From Paraphysomonas bandaiensis (lineage: Eukaryota > Protista > Chrysophyceae), in the NCBI GenBank assembly GCA_965644295.1, contig CBFFRP010000109.1, forward strand, positions 83,314 to 147,313: a stretch of 64,000 bases of DNA, written 5' to 3'. This document shows, in pieces, positions 48,361 to 60,164 of the stretch. The translations under genes and the position numbers were made by a program. Below the pieces are notes generated by a model, which saw nothing but the letters and a program-made list of their open reading frames with translations, did no database searches and was not told where the DNA came from. Each line of letters opens with the position of its first letter. Position 1 is the first letter of the stretch.

Positions 48361-51300
48361 ATGTCTGTGAAACCCATGGAGGTGTTTCCGGACCTTCATC
48401 ATAAGATGAGTAAGAAGATTGCTCAATTAACGAAGGTTACACTCATAACCCTAATCTCACTATATCTCCTTATATCTCATATTTATAGGTGATTTATCAC
48501 TTGAATACACGCAATGAAGATCATCAAGCTGATATTGAAGCAATGCAACAAAGTCATCAGACTGAAATTCAACAGATTTTAAAAGACGCCGCAGCTCGAA
48601 TAAATAAATTTAAAGAGTCTGTTGAGATACGTCAAGCTCAAGTTAATCAGGATCATAAACTAAAGCTTCTTCAGCAGAAATATGATACAGAACGCGAGTC
48701 GGCACAACAGGAAATTAAGTCGTATAAGGCTTCTGCTCAAGCACGTGAAGAGAGACTTGCGCACGAGTTTCAAGAAAAGTATGATATACTCAAAGGTCAG
48801 GTAGAGGGAATGAATAAAAAGTTTCAAGAGAAAACTCGTGATTTTGAGTTGACAAACAAGAAGTTGTCTGATGATCTACGCGAGGAGCAGATGCAGTCCG
48901 CGGAGGCACTTAACGACCTCAAGAGAAAACATGAGCAAGAAGTTGCAGATTTGGTTCGCAACAGCAACGAGAAATATCAGAGCATGTTAGTGGAGCAAAT
49001 GAAGTGCCAAGAGGACCTACGGAAGGAAATGGATAAGATGGTAAAGAAAGCGCGGGATGAATTGACGGAGCAATTGAACGCGGAGCGTGAAACAGCCCTC
49101 GGTCAACTACGAGCGAAGCTAAGCGCAGATAAGGAAGAAGCACTCATGTCACTGAGAAATTCTCACGACGACGCGATGAAGGCTCAGCGCCAAGATCTCA
49201 TGGGAAAGTTGGAGCGGGCACTAGAAGACCTCCAACAAAAGAGTGATGAGTTTTCACGCCGCCTTTCGGAGAAGGAAGCAGTGGAAGCTGATCTGCGGGC
49301 TCAGCTCAGCGCTCTGCAAGGGGACTCTGCCTCTGCGGCAAGGGACTTGGAAGAGAAGATTCGATGTCTACGGGAGGAATCCCAGCGACAAAAGGAAGCT
49401 TATGATGCATTGTCTGCACAGTTGTCGTCTCGTAATGCAGATGTTGAAATGGGCGAGAAAAAGATAGTTGAGCTCGAGAAGGAGCTGCAGGCAACCAATG
49501 ATGCTCTCAGTGAGGCACAAAAGCAGATCCAGCGGTTTAAAGACGACCTCAATAATGAGACAGAGAAAGAAGCTAATCTACGGAAACAATTAGAGGCAGC
49601 AGATAGAGAGGCGGAGGGTCTTCGCAAGGAAAATGCTTCCCTGTCGACAACGATATCGCAGCTGAAGGCAGAGGCCTCCAAGCGTGAGAGTGAAGCATCA
49701 GATGCCGCCACTGTAGCCGCAAAGAAGATTAAATCTCTTGAGAACGAGCTCTCAGACCTTCAACAGCGTTTGGCAAATGCGCAGTCGTCATCACAGAGTG
49801 ATAGACAAAAAATGACAGACGAGCTCTCAGAACTCCGCAGAAAGATGAGCGATATGGAGGCTAGTCACCGGGCAGAACTCGAGCAAAAGAACGCCGCCCA
49901 CAACGCAGCTACCAATGAGCTCAAGGACAAACACAAGGCTGATATTGAGGCGAGCAATAAAATCCGACAGGAACTTCTGGACACTGCGAAAAAACGGGAA
50001 GAGGAGGTTGCGGCAGATGCCGCCAGGGTTGCTAAACAGCATGCAGCTAAAATGTCTCAGCTAACTGAAACACATGATCAGAGCATAGCGACTATGCAGC
50101 AGAAGCACACCGAGGAGGTTCAGAAGCTGAAGGCGAAAATTACTGCCCTCGAGAGTCAGATTAGCGACCTCTCGTCTCAAGCTGACGGTGAGAAGGGATC
50201 CATGAAAAATGAGATCAATCGACTGGACGCCAAGGCGAAGGCTCTTCAAAAAGATCTTGATGCGAAGAAGAAGGAAGCTGAAAGGATCGAAGGTGTTTGT
50301 ACTGGACTTAAAAACCAGGTAGAGAGTTTGCGAGAAGAGCTCAAAGCGTCGCAGAAGGCTTTTAGGGAGAAGATGGATCAGTCGTTAGCCAAACTGGATG
50401 CAGATTGGACAGAGAAGTACGAGAAGCTTAAAGCAGACCAAGAGCGTGTAGCAACCGAGGCTCTGGATAATAAAGATCGCCAACATCAGTCACAGTTAGA
50501 TGAACTGATGCGGCAACATGCGGATGAAGTTGCTGCACTCAAGAGTGCACTACAGAAAGAAGCCACGGAGTCCTCCGAGGCTCTGAGTTTAGCGGAGAGG
50601 GAGCGTGCTCGTTTAGAGGGTGAGCTAAGTGAAGAGAAGAAAGCCCATGCAGCTACAGTAGAAAGCGACAAGAGGGCACTAGAAACAGCTCTTAAAGATG
50701 CTGACGAGAGGAAGACAAAAGAGCTGGATGCACTCAGGAAGGAGTTGATGGGAAGCGCCGATAATAAACTCCAGAATCTGATTGCAGAGCACGAGGCCGA
50801 AGTACAGGCCTTACGAAGAACTCACACTGAAGAGGTTAACCGAATGACTGAACAGACATTGCGAGATCAAGAGGCTGCCCGAAAAGAGGCCGAAGATACT
50901 CTTAATAAATCTCTTGCTGATCTCCGGCAATTGGCTGAGAGAGAAAAGAAAGATGCGACAGATGCACTTGAGGCTAGCCACACGGCATTAGTTGGTACGA
51001 TCAAAGCTGAAAATGAACGTGCAGTGGGTATTCTAAATCAAGAGATAGATGGCCTTAAGAGAAGTCTGACACTAGCACAACAGGAGGTTGTGAGTCTTGA
51101 GGAGCAGCTTGCCCGCGAGAGAACAGAGCGTTCTCACCGTGAGGAGCGCGTTGTGTTAGAGCGCGATCAGTTAATTCGCGAGCATGAGAATGACCTTAGA
51201 AAGGAGAAAGAGAGATCAGAACGGGCGCTACTAGAAGCTGCTGATAGAGCTCAGCAAGAAATGAGAATGATGAGACATGAATTTAAAGATCTAGAAGACA

Positions 51301-51677
51301 ATTTAGCACAGAAAATGAAGGGGCTGGAGAGAGACCTGGAAACGATGCAAGCTAGATTTAGGAATCGTGAAAGTCGCCCCGAAGATATTGAAAGGATCAG
51401 AGAACTAGAGCAAGAAATGGTTGATAAGGACCGCTTAGTCGAACAAACCAAACAGGAAATGCTTTATTTTAAGCGTGAGATGCTAAACCGTGAAGAGAGC
51501 TACAATCAGAAGTTCAATCGCTCTCCCAACGTCGGTGTGATGAATGTGTTGAAAACAAAAGACCCTGCTGCGGCAGGTGGTGGTGGAAATATTCCAGGAA
51601 ACCGTAAAAGTAGTAATGCGGCAGGTTTAGGGATGGGGATGGGAATTTCGGGAGCTGGTGGTCAAAGAAGAAAGTAG
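48361..51677 (+). CDS. FAM184: FAM184-like long coiled-coil protein, one intron (~48436-48488)
   Basis: KMSKKIAQLTK|VIYHLNTRNEDH N-terminus and RESRPEDI..LNREESYNQKF..PNVGV C-terminus. Confidence 0.88.
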
Positions 51678-52140
51678 CTTGAAAAATAAAATATTGTTAT
51701 TGCCGTTATTCCTGTGGGTTGATTTTGGTACATAATAGACTAGTAAATGTATTTATAGTAGGGTTATGCAGGAAGAGTACAGCCGCGTAAACCGCAACCC
51801 ACGACAATTATTTTATGATAATAATGTTGTCAACGTGTTACATCATTTTCTTATATGTAAAGCTAGAATGTATTGATCTGAATAGTGTACTCTCTGGGTT
51901 CAGCCACCTCATTCTTGGTTATATTAAAAGAATGTTACTATTGGAGAAGATATTGAAATATGTTGTTTCGTTATTACAGTGCTACACATCTTATCCTGAG
52001 TGCAGTTGTACAACGATCTACGATTGCATTTACTTTCGCTTGCTCAAGAAATAAATACTGAATTCTCACAAAGGAACAATGATTATAACCTTCTCTAAAA
52101 GACAAAAAAATTCAGCATCTAAGGTATGTATAGATGCATA

Positions 52141-52648
52141 TATATATTGAAAGTCTTATTATTAGCAATAGGCGTTAAAAACCTGCACCAACTTAGTAGC
52201 TAGATGAAACTAGTTAGACCTCTACCTGTAACTAATCTGTACACACTTCTTTAATACTACTATTTAACGCTACGGAAGCTGCTTGTGCGTCGCCGCAAGC
52301 ACAAAGATGCGACCACTTCCGCTCTGAGTTCTTAAGGTGAACCTCCCGGATGCTTGATTTCAGCAGGCAGCTCAATACCCCGGTTACCCTTCAGGTGGGC
52401 CCTGTCCCGGATGCCCTTGAAATGGGTCCATTCCCGGAAGCCTGTTTATTCGTCAGGACCCAAAGACGTCTACACAAGTGACACTTATTGGTGTCCCTTG
52501 TACCACACAAGCATTCGGCTATGAGTTGGCAGAAGAATATCTGCTGACTCTATATGTTTGCGGCTCACGTTAGTTTCCCAGAGAAAATATCTCTGGTACT
52601 TATCCCCCAGAACACCACGAAAAGGTGCGAGTCCGACTTTGTTGAGGG
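52141..52648 (-). mobile_element. Full-length retroposon copy C7 (508 bp), best-preserved member
   Basis: Perfect 14-bp TSD TGTATAGATGCATA at 52127-52140 and 52649-52662; 5' CCCTCAACAAAG, 3' AAGACTTTCAATATATA. Confidence 0.92.
52561..52648 (-). ncRNA. Putative HDV-like ribozyme at the retroposon 5' end
   Basis: P1 CCCTCAAC / GT(TC)TGGGGG; P2 CTCGC / GTGAG; P3 ACC-TTTTCGT-GGT; P4 CCAGAGA / TCTCTGG; J4/2 GAAACTAAC; element order matches the nested double pseudoknot. Confidence 0.6.
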
Positions 52649-52869
52649 TGTATAGATGCATAGTGTCATATTGTTGGCGTAGTATTATGCAAACATTTTA
52701 TACACGTGTGGGACTTTTACTCCATATTATCCACTAGGAGATATGTTGTCCCTACAGTATTTTTAGATAGTTATTTTCCTCAAGCAATATACATCATATC
52801 ATATTGGCTCATGAGCTTATCGCATGCTAACCAGAATGAAGCAATACCTTATAGTAGTTTAATATTATA

Positions 52870-53162
52870 TGTTGGGAAATGCTCATTTTACTTAGATCAA
52901 AGAGAGATTAAGTTGTTAGACTAGATAGATTTATTAATATCGTTTACACAAATTGTGTTAAACAACACAAGCTCGTTTTGTGCCATGCATAAATCACTAC
53001 TTCTGTAGACCTTTCGCTACTAAACATATCTTGAAAGAGCAAACTATTTCAGTTTTCTCAATATCATAACAGCATCTACACATCACCATACTTCACTGTA
53101 TTCTCGTACATTGTCTTCAAGTACCACATTGAATATACTAGGATACAGTCCATATTCTAATA
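52870..53162 (-). repeat. copia-2 3' LTR
   Basis: Direct repeat of 57977-58269. Confidence 0.96.
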
Positions 53163-53335
53163 CTCCCACTCAATGTAGAATGCAGTGATACGAAACAACA
53201 ATGAGTACAGTGATCTTCATGCTATAAACTAGTCTCATAGGTAAAATAGATGTGAAATCTTATCAAGATACATATATAACTAGCAGTCAACTAGATATAT
53301 AGTTATGTGGGATTCTCACCCACTAAAACACACCT

Positions 53336-56300
53336 TTAACCTCTTCGGGGTCGCTTCTTCTGCTGCTCCTCAACTCTGGTTGACACACTTCTCTTAACCC
53401 CGGTAATAGTTTTCTCATGACGACTGAAAAGTTTCGTTGACAATGCCTTCGTGAAAATATCAGCCGCCATATCATCCGTCGACACATGAATCAACTTTGC
53501 CGTAGGAAATTTTCCATTTACATGCTCTCTCACCCAGTGATACTTGATGTCTATATGCTTCGACCTCTTATGATACACAGGATTCTCGGAGAGATCTTTC
53601 GCACTCTTGCTATCCATAAAGAATGGAGTCGGCTTCGCAACTAAGAGCCCGAGCTCCTTGAACACCCCCGAAGCCACACCAGTTCTTGCATAGCCGCATA
53701 CTCCGCCATATATTCAGATTCCATGCTCGAAGTTGCAACTGTGGTCTGTAGTTTAGACTGCCAGGCCAATGCGCCTGCACATAAGAACACAATGTATCCT
53801 GTTGTCGATCGCCGAGTCAGTCTATCACCAGCCCAATCTGAATCACTGAACACATGTAAGTCGAACTCACTCCCACTGAATCTGATGCCCTCATCAATTG
53901 TTCCACGCAAATATTTCAATAAGTGAATCGCCAGTTTGCACGATGCATATGTCGGACAACTACTAAATCGAGACAATAACCCCACTGCATAAGCCAGATC
54001 AGGTCTAGTATGCATTGCTAGATACAACACTGCTCCAATAATTTGCCGATACGGAAATGAGTCAACCCACTGCTTCTGCTCCTCCGTAAGTTCACGTTCC
54101 TCTGCCAACAGATCCTGAACATTAGTAGGTAGTGGGGCCTCCTTATTCTTACTACTCTTTCCCATAACTGAGCTGAATTTCTTGATAATATTCTTAGCAT
54201 ACTCAGATTGATCTAACATATACCAATTTTCTCCTCTGGTTATCCTGATGTTCAGAAATCGCTTACACACTCCCAGATCATGCATCTCGAATGTTTCACA
54301 GAACCTACGCTTTACGCTTTCCAAGTAAGTCAGATCAGCGGATGCAATTATGATATCATCAACATATATCAATAATAAATGCAGTTTTCCGTTACTCCAT
54401 CGCATATACAAACACGTATCCAAAATACACGGAGTAAAATGCAATGATTTAATAAACTTGTCAATATGTTTATTCCACTGTCGCGGTGAAGATCGCAGTC
54501 CATACAATGCCTTGATTAGTTGAAAACACCATCCAGCTAGTAATTCCTCATCTGGTGGAGGTGCCATATACACGTCATCCTCCAGATCTGCATAGCAAAA
54601 TGCGGATGATACATCTAATTGATGCACATGCATCTGTAACATAAACGCAATCGCTAACACTAGTCTAATGGTTATACCCTTAACCACTGGAGCGAAAGTG
54701 GACGGCTCCTCCTCCTTCTTCTCTTGGAGATTTCCTAATGCCACTAGCCGAGCCTTGTACTTTACTATATTCCCTAGTATGTCTCGCTTCACCGTATGCA
54801 CATATTTCGCTCTAACTAATTTCACTCCGCTTGGAATTTTCACGATCTTCAAGACACGTCTTTTCAGCAATGATGTCTTCTCCACCATTCGAGCTTTTCT
54901 CCATTGTTGATACTGTGGAGATCTCTCTGCCTCGGCATATGAATTTGGTATCTTGATATCTTCTGTCTCTGCATGGTTAAGATCAATATTATGCGCATCC
55001 GGTACTTCAACCATATTAATCTCTCCTAAAACTGACGCGTTTGCCAGTCTCCGCTGCAGCCGTTTGCGTCGGACCCGACCATCACCATCTAGTTCAATCG
55101 GTCGACGAGGTATATAAGAACCCATACCTTGCTCATCCTGAGCACGCACATCGTGCGTTGTGGGAGGAGCCCCGCTCACAACCCCAGACTCATAGTCTTC
55201 AGAGGTCTGCAACCTCACAGCTGTCTCCTGACAGGTTGGGTCAGGACTCTCCTGTAACCCTCCAGGTCTTCCCTGGTCCAGCACCCTGGCTGGCATAGTA
55301 CTCAGGGCGTCCCCCTTTCCTATATATCCGGTATTCCCGGGAGTTTCTGCAGTCATTCGCACTACGTCCTCGACGTGAATCGGCACCCGGTGCTCGATAT
55401 GCTTCCGACCTGCAGTTACCAGAGATCGATAGGCTACTATTACCCCCTTTCGTTCTACTACTCTCGTGGTCTTGTAGAGAAGACCATCCTCATCATCAAT
55501 ATGATATGTACCTTCTAAGCCCGCATAGTCAGACACAATTTTCGGTCTCTCGGCCTCCTTCACTCGAAGAGCATCTATCTCAGCGAAATAGCTCTCCGAG
55601 CGTGACGGTATGGACTCATCAGTTAATACCTTTTCATCTGAATATCCTATCAGATATCCGATAAGGGCCTTGTCGTCCCAGTCTTTCCGTCGATCCGCCT
55701 TTGTAGTGAGGACATACGCACGACACCCCCATACTCTGAGATATTTCAGGTTGGGAGCCTCACCAGTCAAAAATTCAAGAGGGGACATATACCCCTTCGC
55801 TGTCTTTGTAGGCAATCGAATTAATATGTACCTGGCTGCCATGTAGGCATCTAGCCAAAACTGTGAAGGCAATCCTGACTGAATCAGCATCGCTAATGTC
55901 ATCTCACCACAGGTCCTGAATTTCCGCTCCTCAATCGCGTTCATCTCAGGAGAGTCCGTAGAGCTCCACGTATGTTGATAGCAACCCTGTGACCTAAGAT
56001 ATTGTCGCAGCTCATCACATATTAGCTCCCCTGCTCCATCTGCATGGTAATGATGCATTTCTAATTTGTACCTTTTCACATCTCCTTCAAAAATCTTCTT
56101 GAAAACCTGCAGTACCGATGACCCAGTCCTATGAACAAGCCCTTCCGACCAGAACATCCGACTGGCATGGTGTGTTAGTTTGAGCACATATATTTCCCCT
56201 CCTCGAGCTGGACAATTTAAGTATACTGCTATATCGGCCGAGAAATTTGGACGAACGGAGTCCTCATCCTTTGTCCGAAAACTTACTCTGGTGATCTTCG

Positions 56301-57993
56301 CCCTGGCGCATACATCACATAGACACTGTTCTTTGGAAACACGTTTCGAGAGATGTTTTCGTTTCAGTCCAGTCCCAATAATTAGCATTCTTTTGTGGGC
56401 TTCTACCAACGCATGCTTGTTAAAATGACCCGCTCTCCTATGTAACAGCTCCAGTTCATCCTCACCCGTACGGTCACTGAGATTTACTTCTGAATCACTG
56501 GATGTCGATACGTCTGGAAGCTCCAATAACTGCTGTGTTGGCACAGCAGTCATTCCATTCTTCATAGGTCCCTCCAACACCAGCTCATCCGTATTTCTGT
56601 CATATATCTGTATACCATACCATACAGTAAATCGATATCCCATATCGTTCAACTTCCGTCCAGAACAAAGACACCGATTTATCTGACTTGATACCTCAAT
56701 GTTCTTCCATGCTCCACGGGAACCTACACTCGTGACGCATATCTCTGACCCTTTTTTCGAACCATTAATAACCTTTGATGTGTGCATATGACTATCAAGT
56801 ATATTCACATCATTTATCAAAAACATTGATGACGAACAACAGGTATCAATGTATGTATAGTGAATATCCTCATGCACACTACTGCATATATTCGTCTCAT
56901 ACACATTACATGACAAGTGATACTCTTCCTGTTGCTCGATCATATTTGCTTCGTCTTCGTCAGACAAATCCGCTGGCTCTCCACGCCTGATGTTTTCAAC
57001 TGTAAGTAGTCTTTTGTCTGGTTTCCTTCCATCTTGAAACCTCACAGCCTTGCTCTTGCTTTGCGAGTACTTCTTTTTCGATGCTGGACAATCGATGGCA
57101 AGATGTTCCTTTGACTTACAATTTCTGCACCCAGTATATTCGGCACTTCCAGGTCGCTGCCCTGTAATCTCTGTATCCTTCTTCATCGGCTTCTTCTTAC
57201 CGTTGTTCTTCTTACGATGATCCCTCTCTCTGCGATATCGTTTCTTACTGTCTATCAGGTTCAGCTCCTCCACTCTTTTACGCTTCTTCTCCAACGCTTC
57301 CTTCCCAGCCATAGTATCATCATAGCCTTCTATCTTACGTGATACAGTTACATAATTAACATCATCATCCATCAAGTATAATCCAACTCTCAGTTGAGCA
57401 TACTCTTCATTGAGCAAGCCTTCTCGTAGTCGACTTGTTTTTGATACCTCCGAGATATCCTGCTGCTGCTCCTGTAGTTCCTTCAGCAGTAGTTCGAACC
57501 GTAGTACGTAGTCCTTCGCCGTCTCCTCCGGACGCATACGGAAAGAACCATATTGAGTTAAGAGGTCACTGATCCTATTTTGCTTCCCTCCAGCAAAACA
57601 CTTCTTCAACTCATCAATCATTACATGTGTTTTGAACCTGTTTACACCACTCCCTTCTGCCTTGAACGCTTTGTGGGTAAGATGGAATTTACGCAGCGCT
57701 TTCGGGGAATGCTGCACCGCATCCCTGCAGTAAGAATAAGCTATGGCGTTCGCCTTCCAATACCTCTTCACAGCCTGTCTGTACGCCTTCTCCTCCATCA
57801 ACGTAAGTGGCTGCTCCCCGAAGTCGCTCTCCTTAGGTGGCAGTTCCACCGCTACCTCGCTTTGTTCCTTCCTCATAAGGAATGTCTCGAAGTCCTCAAT
57901 CCATTGTTCAACGTTAGTCTCGTTGAACTGAGGAACTACTCCTCTATCCTCCTTCTCTCCTCCTCGCTCGCTACCATGTTGGGAAATGCTCAT
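53336..57993 (-). CDS. copia-2 Gag-Pol, with a 1-nt frameshift in RNase H (~53665)
   Basis: CRNC..H..C, YIDTCC, LHRRAGH/CDVC, HADGAGE, YKARLV, YVDDII, DSDWAG; continues in ORF 53336-53677 (RSKHIDIKYH, ADIFTK). Confidence 0.93.
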
Positions 57994-58269
57994 TTTACTT
58001 AGATCAAAGAGAGATTAAGTTGTTAGACTAGATAGATTTATTAATATCGTTTACACAAATTGTGTTAAACAACACAAGCTCGTTTTGTGCCATGCATAAA
58101 TCACTACTTCTGTAGACCTTTCGCTACTAAACATATCTTGAAAGAGCAAACTATTTCAGTTTTCTCAATATCATAACAGCATCTACACATCACCATACTT
58201 CACTGTATTCTCGTACATTGTCTTCAAGTACCACATTGAATATACTAGGATACAGTCCATATTCTAATA
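57977..58269 (-). repeat. copia-2 5' LTR
   Basis: Direct repeat of 52870-53162, followed by the PBS. Confidence 0.96.
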
Positions 58270-58549
58270 TTATAGACTTATGGACTGGTGCAAGTACTCA
58301 TTTATTGATGTATGTAGTATGAAGTGCATTCGTTTACTTCTTATTTATTAGGCTTTACTAAATGTGGTCTTTATTCATATTATATTTAAGAAAATGATGT
58401 ATTAGACGGGAAATCTGAAATATGTTAGTGGTGTACACAGTCAGTTTTTCACTTAGGTAGTGGATATGGATACTACTGCTAAGTATATATATAGTACATA
58501 TTATTATACCCACAAAATATATATTACATAACCAATATAATACAAATGT

Positions 58550-59770
58550 TTATGATCGTATTAGAATCACAAGACCCGCTCCACATGCATCCATACCAAC
58601 AACATTTTTGCAGTCAAGAAGGCAAACTGATCCGGGACCGTCATTCGCGCTCGTTGGCTCATCCATACTGGGCTTTACATTGGATTCATTAACACCAGAT
58701 AAGGCACCGCTGCACAACAGCCAACATATCATATCAATAGGACAGAGAGCAAAGCATACTTACATCACGTACACTCTTTCAGAGTTCGTCCTCAAAGCAG
58801 TAAACCCAGAACCACAAGTTACTTGTATCACCTCATCGTCCTCACTCATCACCTCGTCGAGTTGATTTATTCGGCGCGGTGTATCTTCCATTTCCTCCTT
58901 CCAACTGCCTAGCTGACCTGATTGTCCCCATCCCCAGGAGTATACGTCAGGAGAGCCCTTCGCAATCGCCACAGTGTGCCAGACACCACATCCGCAGAAC
59001 TGCACTCCCTCTGATGTTCCATCTTGTCGCAGTTGTCCGACACCCTCAAGTGCTTCTACTAAAGTAGGGGTGAGGCGATCTGATGATTCCGCAGCTGTGG
59101 CGGTATGATCTCCAAGACCCAATCTTCCATAAGCACCACAACCAAATGTATATAGCCTTCCAGAACTGGTTACAACAGCCGAATGCAGCGCTCCCGCAGA
59201 TACACATACAACTTTTTCTTCAATTAATGCTTGGTCACGGGAATAGAGTACAGGTACTCTTTCTGGAGTGTCAAGCCAATCGGGTCGCATTCCAACACCA
59301 AGCTGCCCACTTTCGCCTCGTCCACAAGAAAACAATGACTGACAGCAGCTAACCAAAAGAACATGAGCAGATCCCACAGCAACCTGACTAATTCCAACAC
59401 GAATACAGAGTTGTTTCAACAATGGTAATTGCATAGCTCCATCGGGTAAAGATGGATTGATAGTATTCAACCCGATCGTATACACACTCATCTCATCACC
59501 ACAGAATGCAATCACATGCGAACCAGCAGCAACAGATGCATTGCACTGATTATCATGAATGGGTAATGGTTGCATACATTGGATGCAATCCCTTAACCAT
59601 AACTCGTTAAATCTGTTTTGTAATACATGCAATGATGTGTTGCTATAGAGGACAACGTCTTCTTCAGTTATATGCACTGATACTGCACTAGCATCGCACT
59701 TTAGTGCATCTACAGACCTCTCTCTGCATTCTATAGACTGTGTTTTCCAGCCGAATACTTGTACTTGCAT
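58550..59770 (-). CDS. RCC1-repeat protein
   Basis: VAVGSAH..GRGESGQLG; VSAGALHS..YTFGCGAYGRLG; GCGVWHT..YSWGWGQSGQLG; VTCGSGFT; terminal exon approximate. Confidence 0.9.
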
Positions 59771-59879
59771 GGCATTATTGAGAACAGATAGTATAGGGGA
59801 GTGTTAATGGGAGTGGCAATGGTGCAGTGCAGTTGACTGTTGCTTGTGTGCTGTTGCTTGTACTTGTGTGCTGATGTCC

Positions 59880-60060
59880 TGGTGTACCTATGGACCATTA
59901 AGTGTGCTGTACCCTGTTCCTCGTCGTACCTGTAAATGGTATACCAGTACCTGCTGTATATACATCGTATGTACACATGTACCTGTATATTGTGTACCTG
60001 TACAGTCGTACCTATATCGTATATCTGTACCTATATATTGTACACCTGTACGCTTGTCCC
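59880..60060. repeat. Degenerate short repeat tract (TACCTGTA-like) in the divergent promoter
   Basis: Repeated gtacct / tacctgta / acctata units. Confidence 0.55.
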
Positions 60061-60164
60061 CATATATATACAGCAGTGCAGCATACACAGCAGTGTGCTG
60101 AGGGTTTGGTATGTATGTCTATCTTGTCGAGCATATCACACTCCCAGCTCACAATACCACCACC

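Larger units (their letters stand above)
52870..58269 (-). mobile_element. Ty1/copia LTR retrotransposon (copia-2) with TA...CA termini
   Basis: 293-bp LTRs at 57977-58269 and 52870-53162, TSD TTATA (52865-52869 / 58270-58274), PBS TGGTAGCGAG from 57976, PPT TTGAGTGGGAG adjoining 53162. Confidence 0.97.
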
